From contig OZ245843.1 in the NCBI GenBank assembly GCA_965228875.1, positions 4,074,616 to 4,138,615 of the forward strand: 64,000 bases of DNA, read 5' to 3'. Shown one piece after another: positions 8,840 to 18,939 of this stretch (its first letter is position 1; every line of letters begins with the position of its first letter). The position numbers were made by a program, and so were the translations under genes. This stretch comes from Thalassobaculaceae bacterium. GTDB taxonomy: Bacteria; Pseudomonadota; Alphaproteobacteria; Thalassobaculales; Thalassobaculaceae. Under the pieces are notes generated by a model. That model made no database searches and was not told the DNA's origin. It was given only the letters and a program-made list of their open reading frames with translations.

Positions 8840-11788
8840 ATGGCGACACAATCGGCGCGCATCGGCGACTCCGCCCTGGCCGAACGGCTCGGGCGCGAGA
8901 TCGAGGGCGAGGTGAAGTTCGACGCCTTCACCCGCGGGCGCTACGCCACCGACGCCTCGATCTATCAGGTCGAGCCGATCGGGGTGGTGATCCCCAAGAC
9001 CGAGAACGACCTGCGCGCCGCCGTGCACATCGCCGAAATGGAGGGCATTCCGGTCCTGCCGCGCGGCGGCGGCACCTCGCAGTGCGGGCAGACGGTGAAC
9101 ACCGCGCTCGTGCTCGACTGCACCAAACATCTGCGCGAGATCGTCGGCTACGACGACGAGACCCACGAGGTCACGGTGCAGCCGGGGATCGTGCTCGACC
9201 ACCTGAACGCCTGGCTGAAGCCGAAGGGACGGATCTTTCCGGTCGACGTCTCGACGTCGTCGCGCGCCACCATCGGCGGCATGGCGGCCAACAATTCCTG
9301 CGGGGGGCGGTCGATCCACTACGGCATCATGGTTGACAACGTGGAGGCGATCGATGCCATCCTGATGGACGGCACGGAGGCCCGGTTTGATCGCGTCCCC
9401 GGCAATCTGGGCGAACTGGCCGGGCCGGCGCGCTACCGCGACCTGGTCCAGCGGATCCGCGCCATCGCCGAGCGCGAGGCGGGCGAGATCGACGCCAACA
9501 TCCCCAAGCTGATGCGCAAGGTCGGCGGCTACAACCTGGAGCGGGTGACGGCGCGCGATACCGCCGGCGGCCACAACATGGCCTCGCTGCTGGTCGGCTC
9601 GGAGGGGACGCTGGCCCTGTCGCGGCGCCTGAAGCTGAAGACCCACGCGATCCCCAAGCATCGGGTGGTCGGCGTCTGCCACTTTCCGACCTTCCACGCC
9701 GCCATGGAGAACACCCGGCATCTGGTGACGCTGAAGCCGTTCGGGGTCGAACTGATCGACCGCACCATGATCGAGCTGGCGCGCGAGATCCCGATGTTCC
9801 AGGCGGCCATGCGCGAGTTCGTCAAGGGCGAGCCGGACGCGCTGCTGCTGGTGGAGTTCGCCGGCGACGAGATGGCGCCGCTGCTGGCCAGGCTGAACGA
9901 CCTCGAGACCCTGATGGCCGATCTCGGCTTTCCCGGTGCGGTGGTGCGGGCCGAGGATCCGGGACTGCAGGCGCGCATCACCGAGGTGCGACAGTCCGGC
10001 CTGAACATCATGATGTCGATGAAGGGCGACGGTAAACCGGTCTCCTTCATCGAGGACTGCGCCGTGCCGCTGGAGCATCTGGCGGACTACACCTCGCGGC
10101 TGACCGATGTGTTCACCAAACACGGCACGAAGGGCACCTGGTACGCCCATGCCTCGGTCGGCACCCTGCATGTGCGTCCGATCCTGAACATGAAGGACGG
10201 CGGCGACGTGAAGAAGATGCGCGCCATCGCCGAAGAGGCGTTCGACCTGGTGCGGGAGTATAAGGGCTCCCATTCCGGCGAGCATGGCGACGGCATCGTG
10301 CGCTCGGAATTCCACCGCTCCATGTTCGGCGACCGGGTGGTCGACGCCTTCGCCGAGGTGAAGCAGGCGTTCGACCCCAAGGGGCTGATGAACCCGGGCC
10401 GGATCGTCGACCCGCCGAAGATGGACGACCGCTCCCTGTTCCGCTTCAAGCCGGGCTATACGGCGGTCAACCCGGACACCCGCTTCGACTGGTCCGCCTG
10501 GGGCGGTCTCTCCGGCGCGGTGGAGATGTGCAACAACAACGGCGCCTGCCGCAAACGCAACCCCGGCGTGATGTGCCCCAGCTTCCGCGCCACCGGCGAC
10601 GAGCAGCATCTGGTGCGCGGCCGGGCCAACACCCTGCGTCTGGCCCTGTCCGGGCAGTTGGGCGAGGAGGCGCTGACCGATCCCGCCCTGAAGGAGACGC
10701 TCGACCTGTGCGTCGGCTGCAAGGGCTGCAAGCGGGAATGCCCGACCGGCGTCGACATGGCGAAGATGAAGACCGAGGTCCTGGGCCAGTACGTCAAGCG
10801 CCACGGCCTGTCGGCGAAAGACCGGCTGATCGCCGAGATGCCGCGCTACGCCAAGGCGGCGAGCCGGTTCTCCTATCTCGCCAACCTGCGCGACGCCGTG
10901 CCGGGGGCGGCCTGGCTGAGCGAGAAGGTGTTCGGCTTCGCCAGGGAACGCACGCTGCCGCAATGGACCGCCACCCCGTTCCGCGGCTCCGAGGTAAGCG
11001 AGCGCCCGGTGGCGGACGGCCGCGAGGTCGTGCTCTTCGCCGACACGTTCAACACCTATTTCGAGCCGGAGAACCTGCGCGCCGCCGTCGCGGTGCTGGA
11101 AGCGGCGGACTACACCATCCACGTCCTCGACCCGGTCCCGGCCGGCGGGCGGCACCTGTGCTGCGGGCGCACCTACCTCGCCTCCGGCCTGATCGAGAAG
11201 GCGGAGGCCGAGATGGCCCGCCTGGTCGAGGCCTTCGCCCCCTTCGCCGAGCGCGGCGTCGCGATCGTGGGGCTGGAGCCGTCCTGCCTGTTCACCCTGA
11301 AGGACGAGCTGCCCTCATTGCTGCGCGAGCGGGCGGGCAGCATCCCCGACATGGCGATGCTGTTCGAGGAGTTCATTGCCCGCGAGGCCGAGGCCGGGCG
11401 GCTCGACGGCCTGAAGCTGAAGCCGATCGGCGCCAAGGCGATGGTCCACGGCCACTGCCACCAGAAGGCCTTCGCCGCCATGGGGCCGGTGCAAGCCGCC
11501 CTCAAGCTGATCCCCGATCTTGACGTTTCGGTGATCGAGTCGAGCTGCTGCGGCATGGCCGGCGCCTTCGGCTACGAGGCGGAGCATCTGGAGGTGTCCA
11601 TGAAGATGGCCGAACTCAGCCTGCTGCCGGCGGTGCGTGCCGCCGATCCGGACACCATCCTCGTCGCCGACGGTACCTCGTGCCGGCATCAGATCCACGA
11701 CGGGACGTCGTCCCGCAATCCCAATCACAGCGGCGCGCAGCGCGAGGCGGTCCATGTCGCCCGCGTGCTCGAACGCGCGCTCGCCTGA
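8840..11788 (+). CDS. FAD-binding and 4Fe-4S/CCG-domain oxidoreductase (GlcD-GlcF/YdiJ-like 2-hydroxyacid dehydrogenase)
   Basis: PRGGGTSQCGQ, GSEGTL, SGEHGDG, CNNNGAC, CVGCKGCKRECP and CCGMAG motifs. Confidence 0.9.
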   Translation: MATQSARIGDSALAERLGREIEGEVKFDAFTRGRYATDASIYQVEPIGVVIPKTENDLRAAVHIAEMEGIPVLPRGGGTSQCGQTVNTALVLDCTKHLREIVGYDDETHEVTVQPGIVLDHLNAWLKPKGRIFPVDVSTSSRATIGGMAANNSCGGRSIHYGIMVDNVEAIDAILMDGTEARFDRVPGNLGELAGPARYRDLVQRIRAIAEREAGEIDANIPKLMRKVGGYNLERVTARDTAGGHNMASLLVGSEGTLALSRRLKLKTHAIPKHRVVGVCHFPTFHAAMENTRHLVTLKPFGVELIDRTMIELAREIPMFQAAMREFVKGEPDALLLVEFAGDEMAPLLARLNDLETLMADLGFPGAVVRAEDPGLQARITEVRQSGLNIMMSMKGDGKPVSFIEDCAVPLEHLADYTSRLTDVFTKHGTKGTWYAHASVGTLHVRPILNMKDGGDVKKMRAIAEEAFDLVREYKGSHSGEHGDGIVRSEFHRSMFGDRVVDAFAEVKQAFDPKGLMNPGRIVDPPKMDDRSLFRFKPGYTAVNPDTRFDWSAWGGLSGAVEMCNNNGACRKRNPGVMCPSFRATGDEQHLVRGRANTLRLALSGQLGEEALTDPALKETLDLCVGCKGCKRECPTGVDMAKMKTEVLGQYVKRHGLSAKDRLIAEMPRYAKAASRFSYLANLRDAVPGAAWLSEKVFGFARERTLPQWTATPFRGSEVSERPVADGREVVLFADTFNTYFEPENLRAAVAVLEAADYTIHVLDPVPAGGRHLCCGRTYLASGLIEKAEAEMARLVEAFAPFAERGVAIVGLEPSCLFTLKDELPSLLRERAGSIPDMAMLFEEFIAREAEAGRLDGLKLKPIGAKAMVHGHCHQKAFAAMGPVQAALKLIPDLDVSVIESSCCGMAGAFGYEAEHLEVSMKMAELSLLPAVRAADPDTILVADGTSCRHQIHDGTSSRNPNHSGAQREAVHVARVLERALA

Positions 11789-11817
11789 CCAGAACAGAAG
11801 CTTAGGAGGAACACCCC

Positions 11818-12987
11818 ATGGCCCACCGCGCCGGTCCCCATTTCCTGCAGATTCCCGGTCCCTCCAACGTGCCCGGCCGCATCCTGCGGGCCATCGAGCG
11901 TCCGACCATCGATCACCGCGGCCCCGAGTTCCAGGCGCTGGCCAGGGACGTGCTGGCCAAGATCAAGCCGATCTTCAAGACCGAGAACCCGGTGATCATC
12001 TTCCCGGCTTCGGGCACCGGCGCCTGGGAGGCGGCGCTGGTCAACACGCTCTCTCCCGGCGACAAGGTGCTGATGGTCGAGACCGGGCAGTTTTCCACGC
12101 TCTGGGTCGAACTGGCCACCCGCCTCGGCCTGAAGCCCGAGGTGATCGAGGGTGACTGGCGGCGCGGTGTCGATCCGGCCGCGGTCGAGGAGCGGCTGAC
12201 CGAGGACAAGGGTCACGAAATCAAGGCCGTGTGCTGCGTCCACAACGAGACCTCTACCGGCGCCACCTCTCGGATCGGTGAGGTGCGCAAGGCGATCGAC
12301 GCGGCCGGCCACCCGGCGCTGTTCCTGGTCGACACCATCTCCGGTCTCGCCTCGGCCGACTACCGCCACGACGAGTGGGGGGTCGATGTCACCATCTCCG
12401 GCAGCCAGAAGGGCCTGATGCTGCCGCCGGGCATCAGCTTCAACGCGGTCAGCGACAAGGCGCTGGAGGCGTCGAAGGCGTCGACCATGACGAAGTCGTA
12501 CTGGGACTGGTCGGCGCAGCTCGGTCAGAACCCCACCGGCAACTTCCCCTACACCCCCAACACCAACCTGCTCTACGGCCTGCAGGAGGCCTGCGACATG
12601 CTGATGGAGGAGGGGTTGGACAACGTCTTAGCCCGCCACGAGCGCCATGCCGAGGCGACCCGCCGGGCCGTGCGCCACTGGGGCCTGGAGACCCAGTGCC
12701 AGGACGCGCGCGAGCACTCGCCGGTGCTGACCGGGGTCGTGATGCCGGACGGGCACGACGCCGACGCAGTGCGCAAGGTGATCCTGGACAGGTTCGACAT
12801 GTCGCTCGGCGCCGGCCTCGGCAAGGTGAAGGGGAAGATGTTCCGCATCGGCCACCTGGGCGACTTCAACGACCTGATGCTGTGCGGCACCCTGTCGGGC
12901 TGCGAGATGGGCCTGCGCCTCGCCGGCGTTCCGATCGAGACCGGCGGCGTGCAGGCGGCGATGGACTACCTCAGCGGAAACGCGTGA
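11818..12987 (+). CDS. Class V aminotransferase, serine/alanine-glyoxylate aminotransferase-like
   Basis: FLQIPGPSN, SGTGAWEAA, VHNETSTG, PLP lysine in GSQKGLM, FRIGHLG. Confidence 0.9.
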   Translation: MAHRAGPHFLQIPGPSNVPGRILRAIERPTIDHRGPEFQALARDVLAKIKPIFKTENPVIIFPASGTGAWEAALVNTLSPGDKVLMVETGQFSTLWVELATRLGLKPEVIEGDWRRGVDPAAVEERLTEDKGHEIKAVCCVHNETSTGATSRIGEVRKAIDAAGHPALFLVDTISGLASADYRHDEWGVDVTISGSQKGLMLPPGISFNAVSDKALEASKASTMTKSYWDWSAQLGQNPTGNFPYTPNTNLLYGLQEACDMLMEEGLDNVLARHERHAEATRRAVRHWGLETQCQDAREHSPVLTGVVMPDGHDADAVRKVILDRFDMSLGAGLGKVKGKMFRIGHLGDFNDLMLCGTLSGCEMGLRLAGVPIETGGVQAAMDYLSGNA

Positions 12988-13035
12988 GGGCATGAGCGGC
13001 AGCGCGTGTGGGGCGGCGCGTGAGGGGCAGCGGGT

Positions 13036-13374
13036 TTACCCGAACGCCCCCGCCGCCACGGCGAAACTGACCGTGCCGCTGGCGACGCCGATCAGGAGGT
13101 TGCGGCGCGACAGGTAGAACGCGGCGACGCCGATCACCGCGGCCCCGAGCCGGACCTCCAGGCCGATGGTCGCAAGCTCGCCGGTGGGCAGGAGCAGCAG
13201 CCGCGACAGCAGCCCCGCCAGCACGGCGAAGGAGGCGAAGGAGAACAAGCGGAACACCGCTCCCTCCGTGTCCAGCCGTTTGGCGAGGAACACCCCGACC
13301 GCGCGCCACAGCGCCGTGGCGGCGACCGCGGCGGCGACAACAAGGGCGGCGGACAGCGGACCGAACAGCGTCAC
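13036..13374 (-). CDS. AzlD-domain membrane protein
   Basis: Small hydrophobic protein with TxxWR motif. Its start overlaps the stop of the AzlC-like gene. Confidence 0.8.
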   Translation of the reverse strand: MTLFGPLSAALVVAAAVAATALWRAVGVFLAKRLDTEGAVFRLFSFASFAVLAGLLSRLLLLPTGELATIGLEVRLGAAVIGVAAFYLSRRNLLIGVASGTVSFAVAAGAFG

Positions 13375-14087
13375 GGCGACGTCCTCCGCTCGCTGCGGTC
13401 CGCCAGGAACCCGGCCGTGCCGCCGACGATGCCGGTGACGATCAGACCGATGTCGGGCAGATAGGCGTTGATCGGAATGCCGGCGACGACTCCGGTCAGC
13501 ACGGCGACCGCCGCGCCGCGCCCCTTGGTGTCGAGCAGCAGCAGCAGCAGGAAGCAGGCGTTGATGAACAGCAGCGCCAGGGCCAGCGGCTTCGGCAGGC
13601 CGGCGGCGCCGAGATAGCCGATCATCGTCGCGGTCGCCGCCACGGTCATGCAGGTGGCCGCGAAACCGGTGTGGTAGCCCAACCGCGCGGCCGGCGTTTC
13701 CGGGGACGACGCGCGCATCACATAGGCCCAGGACGTCGCCGACATGAGCTGAGCCTGGAGCAGACGCCCGAGGGTGCCGCCGCCGGCCAGGGTCGGCATC
13801 AGCGATACGGCCATCGGGAAGAAGCGCATGTTGGCCATGCCGACGGCAACCGCGATCGCCAGGATGTCGGCGCCGGCGGCGTACATCTCGGCCATGACGA
13901 TCTGGCCCGGCAGCCCCCAGACCAGGACGGTCGCCAGCACCGCGAGCCCTGCCCCGAAACCGGTGTCGTGGGACAGGGCGCCGTAGCCGGTCATGCTGCC
14001 CACCAGGACCACCGTCGGCAGGCCGAAGGCGTCGCGGATGCCGGCCCGCAGGCCGCCTCTAAGATCGACCGGTTTCATGGCCGCCAT
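13371..14087 (-). CDS. AzlC-family branched-chain amino acid exporter
   Basis: Hydrophobic, with GLPGQ and ANMRFFPM motifs. Start is at 14087 or 14078. Confidence 0.82.
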   Translation of the reverse strand: MAAMKPVDLRGGLRAGIRDAFGLPTVVLVGSMTGYGALSHDTGFGAGLAVLATVLVWGLPGQIVMAEMYAAGADILAIAVAVGMANMRFFPMAVSLMPTLAGGGTLGRLLQAQLMSATSWAYVMRASSPETPAARLGYHTGFAATCMTVAATATMIGYLGAAGLPKPLALALLFINACFLLLLLLDTKGRGAAVAVLTGVVAGIPINAYLPDIGLIVTGIVGGTAGFLADRSERRTSP

Positions 14088-14217
14088 CGTAACGCCGCTG
14101 GATGGAGCGCGAACCGCAAAAACACCTGCAAATCCGTCGCGGCCTCGGGTAGTGTATGCAATCTCGCCCCCACTGAAGAGGGGCACAGGGATGGCTTTGT
14201 TTGTTGGGAGTTTTCGG

Positions 14218-16101
14218 ATGGACGCCAATCGGCTCATCGAGGTCAACGATCTGCGGGTGCACTTCCCGCTGGAGGATCGCACGGTCAAGGCGGTCGACGG
14301 CGTGTCGTGGCACATCGACAAGGGCGAGACGCTGGCCGTGGTGGGCGAGTCGGGATCCGGCAAGTCCGTGACCGCGATGTCGATCATGCGGCTGACCGAC
14401 AATGCCGGCGGCAAGATCCCCTCGGGCGAGATTCTGTTCCGCAAGCCGACGGGCGACGTCATCGACATCGTCAAGCAGACGCCGGAGCAGATGCGCGACA
14501 TCCGCGGCAACGACATCTCGATGATCTTCCAGGAGCCGATGACGTCGCTGAACCCGGTGTTCACCGTCGGCTTCCAGATCGCCGAGGCGATCATGCTGCA
14601 CCAGGGCAAGACCGAGGAGCAGGCGCTGCAGCAGGCGCTCGAGATGCTCAAGCTGGTCCGTATCCCGGAACCGGAGAAGCAGCTCACCCAGTATCCGCAC
14701 CAGCTTTCCGGCGGCATGCGGCAGCGCGTGATGATCGCCATGGCGCTGTCCTGCCGGCCGAGCCTGCTGATTGCTGACGAGCCGACCACGGCGCTGGACG
14801 TGACGATCCAGGCGCAGATCCTCGACCTGATCAAGCAGCTCCAGAACGAGATCGGCATGTCGGTGATGTTCATCACCCACGACATGGGCGTGGTCGCCGA
14901 GGTGGCCGACCGGGTCGTCGTCATGCTGCGCGGCGAGAAAGTCGAGGAGGGGCCGGCCCTTCAGATCTTCGAGAACCCCCAGCACCCGTATACCAAGGCG
15001 TTGCTGGCGGCGGTGCCCCGGCTGGGGTCGATGACCGGCTACAAGCTGCCGATGAAGTTCGCCAATGTCGACGTCAAGCGCGCCGAGGGCGAGGCCGTCG
15101 CCGAGCAGGCGGAGGTGGTCGACAGTGCGCTGGAGATCCGCGACACGGTGAAGGCCGATGTCGAACCGCTGCTCAAGGTCTCCGGGCTGACCACCCGCTT
15201 CGATATCCGCAGCGGCATGTTCGGTCGCGCCGGCGGCCGGGTCCACGCAGTGGAGAACGTCGATTTCACCCTGCAGCCGGGCGAGACCCTGGCGGTGGTC
15301 GGGGAGTCCGGCTGCGGCAAGTCGACCACGGGCCGGAGCATCATCCGCCTGGTCGAGCCGACCCGCGGTTCCGTGGTCTTCGAGGGGCAGGAACTGATCG
15401 GCCTGTCGGCGGCGGAGATGCGGCCCTACCGCCGCGACATGCAGATGATCTTCCAGGATCCGTTCGCATCCCTGAACCCGCGCATGACGGCGGGCGACGC
15501 GATCGCCGAGCCGATGATCGTCCACGGCGTGGCCCGCGGCAAGGAGGCGGAGGAGCGGGTCGTCGACCTGCTGCGCCGGGTCGGTCTCGACGCCGAACAT
15601 GCCGGTCGCTATCCCCACGAGTTCTCCGGCGGCCAGCGCCAGCGTCTGTGCATCGCGCGGGCCCTCGGCCTGTCGCCGAAACTGATCATCGCCGATGAGG
15701 CGGTGTCGGCCCTGGACGTGTCGATTCAGGCTCAGGTGGTGAACCTGATGATGGACCTGCAGGAGGAGATGGGCCTCGCCTACCTCTTCATCAGTCACGA
15801 CATGGCCGTGGTCGAGCGGATCAGCCATCGCATCGCGGTCATGTATCTCGGAGAGATCGTCGAGATCGGACCGCGCCAGGCGGTGTTCGAGAACCCGCAG
15901 CATCCCTACACCAAGAAGCTGATGGCGGCGGTGCCGATCGCCGATCCGTCGAAGCGCAAGACCGAACTGCGGCTGATGACCGACGAGATCCCGAGCCCGG
16001 TGAAGCCGGTCGGCTACGAGCCGCCGGAGCGGGTCTACGACGAGGTCGAGCCGGGTCACTGGGTGCAGCGCATCGATCCGGCGGTCCCGGCCGCGGCGTA
16101 A
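14218..16101 (+). CDS. Peptide/nickel-type ABC transporter ATPase with two NBDs
   Basis: Two Walker A motifs ([16 protein letters not shown]), LSGGMRQR and FSGGQRQR signatures, HPYT motifs. Confidence 0.93.
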   Translation: MDANRLIEVNDLRVHFPLEDRTVKAVDGVSWHIDKGETLAVVGESGSGKSVTAMSIMRLTDNAGGKIPSGEILFRKPTGDVIDIVKQTPEQMRDIRGNDISMIFQEPMTSLNPVFTVGFQIAEAIMLHQGKTEEQALQQALEMLKLVRIPEPEKQLTQYPHQLSGGMRQRVMIAMALSCRPSLLIADEPTTALDVTIQAQILDLIKQLQNEIGMSVMFITHDMGVVAEVADRVVVMLRGEKVEEGPALQIFENPQHPYTKALLAAVPRLGSMTGYKLPMKFANVDVKRAEGEAVAEQAEVVDSALEIRDTVKADVEPLLKVSGLTTRFDIRSGMFGRAGGRVHAVENVDFTLQPGETLAVVGESGCGKSTTGRSIIRLVEPTRGSVVFEGQELIGLSAAEMRPYRRDMQMIFQDPFASLNPRMTAGDAIAEPMIVHGVARGKEAEERVVDLLRRVGLDAEHAGRYPHEFSGGQRQRLCIARALGLSPKLIIADEAVSALDVSIQAQVVNLMMDLQEEMGLAYLFISHDMAVVERISHRIAVMYLGEIVEIGPRQAVFENPQHPYTKKLMAAVPIADPSKRKTELRLMTDEIPSPVKPVGYEPPERVYDEVEPGHWVQRIDPAVPAAA

Positions 16102-16294
16102 GCTGCGGTCCAATCCGGAGCTTTGTGTTCCGGCGGCCGGCTCGCCGGCACAACCGGGTGACCAGATTCGATGCCTGGAGCATGACGGTCCGGATCGCTT
16201 CGATCCGGACCGTTCGTCATTCAGGGTAGAAATTTCTGTATTTTAATCTAAAATTGTATAAACACGGCCGTCGAAATCCTCATTGCAGGAGTGA

Positions 16295-16831
16295 GTGGCT
16301 GTGAATCACGCTTTCCGGTTTCGCGAGTTGATTCCCCAGACAGCCCTGACCGGGCTCTACGATCACTGGCGCCAGCTTGCGGCGCAGCTCGGTCGGCTCC
16401 CCCGCCGCTCCGAGATCGACCCGCTGGACCTGCCGCGCGACGCCCTGTCCGGGATGATGATTCTGGAACGGGAGGAAACCGGTCGGATTCTCTGTCGTCT
16501 GGCGGGAACGCGGATGCGGGAGATCTACGGCTTCGAGGCGGCCGGCAGCTACCTGGACGAGGTGACACCCCCCGGCGCGGCGACCTATCGCAACGGCATC
16601 TACCAGTCGGCGCTGGATGGGCAACGCGCGGTGTATTGCCGACTGCGCCTGGCGGTCCCGGGTCGGGAGTATGTCGCCAGCGACCGGCTGTATGTTCCGG
16701 CCCTGAACGACCAGACCGGACAGCCGACGATTCTCTTCGGGGCTCAGGTCTTCCTGATGGCGTCGGAAGTCGTGGGCGAAGCGGACGAGGACGGCCTTTA
16801 CACCATGGCCTTCGACGACCCCGCGGCCTGA
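16295..16831 (+). CDS. Stand-alone PAS-domain protein (PAS_5-like)
   Basis: YDHW..L...LPRRSEIDPLDL...RLAGT pattern typical of alphaproteobacterial PAS_5 proteins. Confidence 0.75.
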   Translation: MAVNHAFRFRELIPQTALTGLYDHWRQLAAQLGRLPRRSEIDPLDLPRDALSGMMILEREETGRILCRLAGTRMREIYGFEAAGSYLDEVTPPGAATYRNGIYQSALDGQRAVYCRLRLAVPGREYVASDRLYVPALNDQTGQPTILFGAQVFLMASEVVGEADEDGLYTMAFDDPAA

Positions 16832-16897
16832 TCGACGGAGCACTGGCCAGCGGGGCCTGGCCGGCGGAAGACTGGCCCGCGGGCGAGCGTCACGAAA

Positions 16898-16921
16898 AAG
16901 GGCCCCGAAACCGGGGCCCTT
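16898..16921. terminator. Probable bidirectional terminator
   Basis: AAGGGCCCCG-AAAC-CGGGGCCCTT between convergent genes, with an A-run on the left. Confidence 0.7.
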
Positions 16922-16948
16922 CTGCGGTGTGTTGAAGTGACTGGTCGG

Positions 16949-17863
16949 CTACTGGGAGCGAAGCCGCGGATCCAGCGCGTCGCGAACGGCGTCGCCGAAC
17001 AGGTTGAAGCCGAACACCGCGACGGTGATCGCCAGTCCCGGGAAGATCGGCACCCACGGTGCGCTCTCGGCATATTCCTCCGCACCGCCCTGCAGCATCA
17101 GTCCCCAGGCCGCGGTCGGCTCCTGCACGCCGAGACCGAGATAGGACAGCGAGGCCTCGAGCAGGATGGCCTCGCCCAGGAAGGCCGTCAGCATGATCAG
17201 GAAGGGTGCGACCACGTTCGGGGCGATGTGGCGGAAGATGATCCGCGCGCTGCCGTAGCCGATCGACCGCGCGGCGTCGACATAGGGCATCTCGCGGACC
17301 GCCAGGGCGCTGGCACGGACCACGCGGGCGCAGCGCGGGATGAACGGGATGGTGATCGCTATGATCACCTTGTCCGTGCCCGTGCCGAAGATCGCCACGA
17401 TGGCCAGCGCCATGATGATCAGTGGAAACGCCATGAAGACGTCGATGATCCGCTGGACGATCAGGTCGAAGTAGCCGGAGAAATAGGCGCTTGCCACGCC
17501 AAGCGCCAGGCCGAGGAACGACCCGACGATCGCCGCCGTGAACCCGACCATGAGGGCCGTCCGCGCGCCGTAGATGATGCGCGAGAACAGGTCGCGGCCG
17601 AACTGGTCGGTGCCGAGCAGGAAGAAGCCCTCCCCCATCTGGCTGACCGACCCCGGCGGCACCAGCATGTCGGCGAAGTTCGCCTCCTCCGGATCGAACG
17701 GGGCGATCAGCGGTGCGAACACCGCCATGAACACCATGAGAAGGACCACGATGCCGCCGGCAAAGCCGAGGGGCTGTTTGCGGGCGAGGCGGCCGACGCG
17801 TTGCAGGATCGTCTTGCGCGGCGGCAGCTCGTCGGACTCGATACTGATATCGGGGGTCGCCAT
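16949..17863 (-). CDS. Peptide ABC transporter permease (DppC-like)
   Basis: LGTDQFGRD, EAA-like loop YVDAARSIG, EASLSYLGLG. Confidence 0.92.
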   Translation of the reverse strand: MATPDISIESDELPPRKTILQRVGRLARKQPLGFAGGIVVLLMVFMAVFAPLIAPFDPEEANFADMLVPPGSVSQMGEGFFLLGTDQFGRDLFSRIIYGARTALMVGFTAAIVGSFLGLALGVASAYFSGYFDLIVQRIIDVFMAFPLIIMALAIVAIFGTGTDKVIIAITIPFIPRCARVVRASALAVREMPYVDAARSIGYGSARIIFRHIAPNVVAPFLIMLTAFLGEAILLEASLSYLGLGVQEPTAAWGLMLQGGAEEYAESAPWVPIFPGLAITVAVFGFNLFGDAVRDALDPRLRSQ

Positions 17864-17876
17864 GACAGGTGCTCCC

Positions 17877-18848
17877 TCAATTGTAGCGGATACGCGGGTC
17901 GAGCCACGCGTACATGATGTCGACAAGGAAGTTCACGAGCACGAAGATCGCGACGACGAGCATCACCAGGGCCTGGGTCAGCGTGTAGTCGGACTGGGTG
18001 ACGGATTCCACGAACAGCTTGCCGAGGCCGTTGAGGTTGAACACCTGCTCGGTCACGACCAGTCCGCCCATCAGAAACGCGAACTCGATGCCGATGATGG
18101 TGACGACCGGCAGCATCGCGTTCTTCAGCGCGTGCTTGTTGACGATGACCCTTTCCATCAGCCCCTTGGCCCGGGCGGTACGGACATAGTCCTCGCGCAG
18201 CACCTCCAGCATGGCCGAGCGGGTCATGCGGGTGGCGACCGCGGAGTAGCGATAGCCGGTCGCCAGGGCGGGCCAGATCAGGGCACTCAGGTTGTACCAG
18301 GGGTCGACCCAGATCGGCACGTAGTCGATCGGCGGCATCCAGGGTCTTCCGAACCAGGCCTGGGTGGAGATCAGCAGCCCGAGGATGATCAGAATGCCGA
18401 GCCAGAACGACGGCATGGCAATGCCGGCGATACTGAACGCCCGGACGAAGTAGTCGACCCCGGTGTTCTGCTTCGCCGCCGAGATCACACCGAGCGGCAG
18501 GGCAATGACGACCGACACGATGGTGGCCATCAGCGCGATCTGCAGGGACAGTCCGAAGCGGATCGCGATCTCGTCGGTCACCGGCTGCGACGTCCACATG
18601 GACACGCCGAGATCGAAGGTGAAGAACCCGATCATGTAGTCGATGAACTGCAGGAAGATCGGCTGATCGAGCCCCAGCCGTTCCTGGCAGAGCTTGATCT
18701 GCTCGGGATCGGCATAGCCGCCCTCGCCGCCGAACCGAAGCAGGCACACGTCGCCGGGTACCAGCCGCAACAGGAGGAATACCAGGATCGCTGCGCCGAT
18801 CAGCGTCGGCAGCAGGATCAACAGGCGCTTGACGATGTAGCTATACAT
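17877..18848 (-). CDS. Peptide ABC transporter permease (DppB-like)
   Basis: YIVKRLL, DYVRTARAKGL, HALKNAMLP and DPRI motifs. Confidence 0.93.
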   Translation of the reverse strand: MYSYIVKRLLILLPTLIGAAILVFLLLRLVPGDVCLLRFGGEGGYADPEQIKLCQERLGLDQPIFLQFIDYMIGFFTFDLGVSMWTSQPVTDEIAIRFGLSLQIALMATIVSVVIALPLGVISAAKQNTGVDYFVRAFSIAGIAMPSFWLGILIILGLLISTQAWFGRPWMPPIDYVPIWVDPWYNLSALIWPALATGYRYSAVATRMTRSAMLEVLREDYVRTARAKGLMERVIVNKHALKNAMLPVVTIIGIEFAFLMGGLVVTEQVFNLNGLGKLFVESVTQSDYTLTQALVMLVVAIFVLVNFLVDIMYAWLDPRIRYN

Positions 18849-18939
18849 GTCCCGCGTCGCTTTCTATCCGGTGAGTTCTTACAAAGCCGCCCCGAACCCT
18901 TGGGGATCGGGGCGGCGAACGCACAAGCAGAGGTAGGGA

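Noticed and set aside
8759..11155. Apparent 1066-aa AraC fusion
   Set aside because: The upstream part is antisense to the FAD oxidoreductase; only 7955..8758 is AraC.
16228..16265. CtrA box in the AT-rich region before the PAS gene
   Set aside because: TTAA-N7-TTGT matches only one half-site, which is too weak.
18886..18916. Hairpins after SBP genes (also near 49002-49032 and 53642-53670) as a REP family
   Set aside because: The sequences are unrelated to each other; they look like ordinary mRNA-stabilising or attenuating stems.
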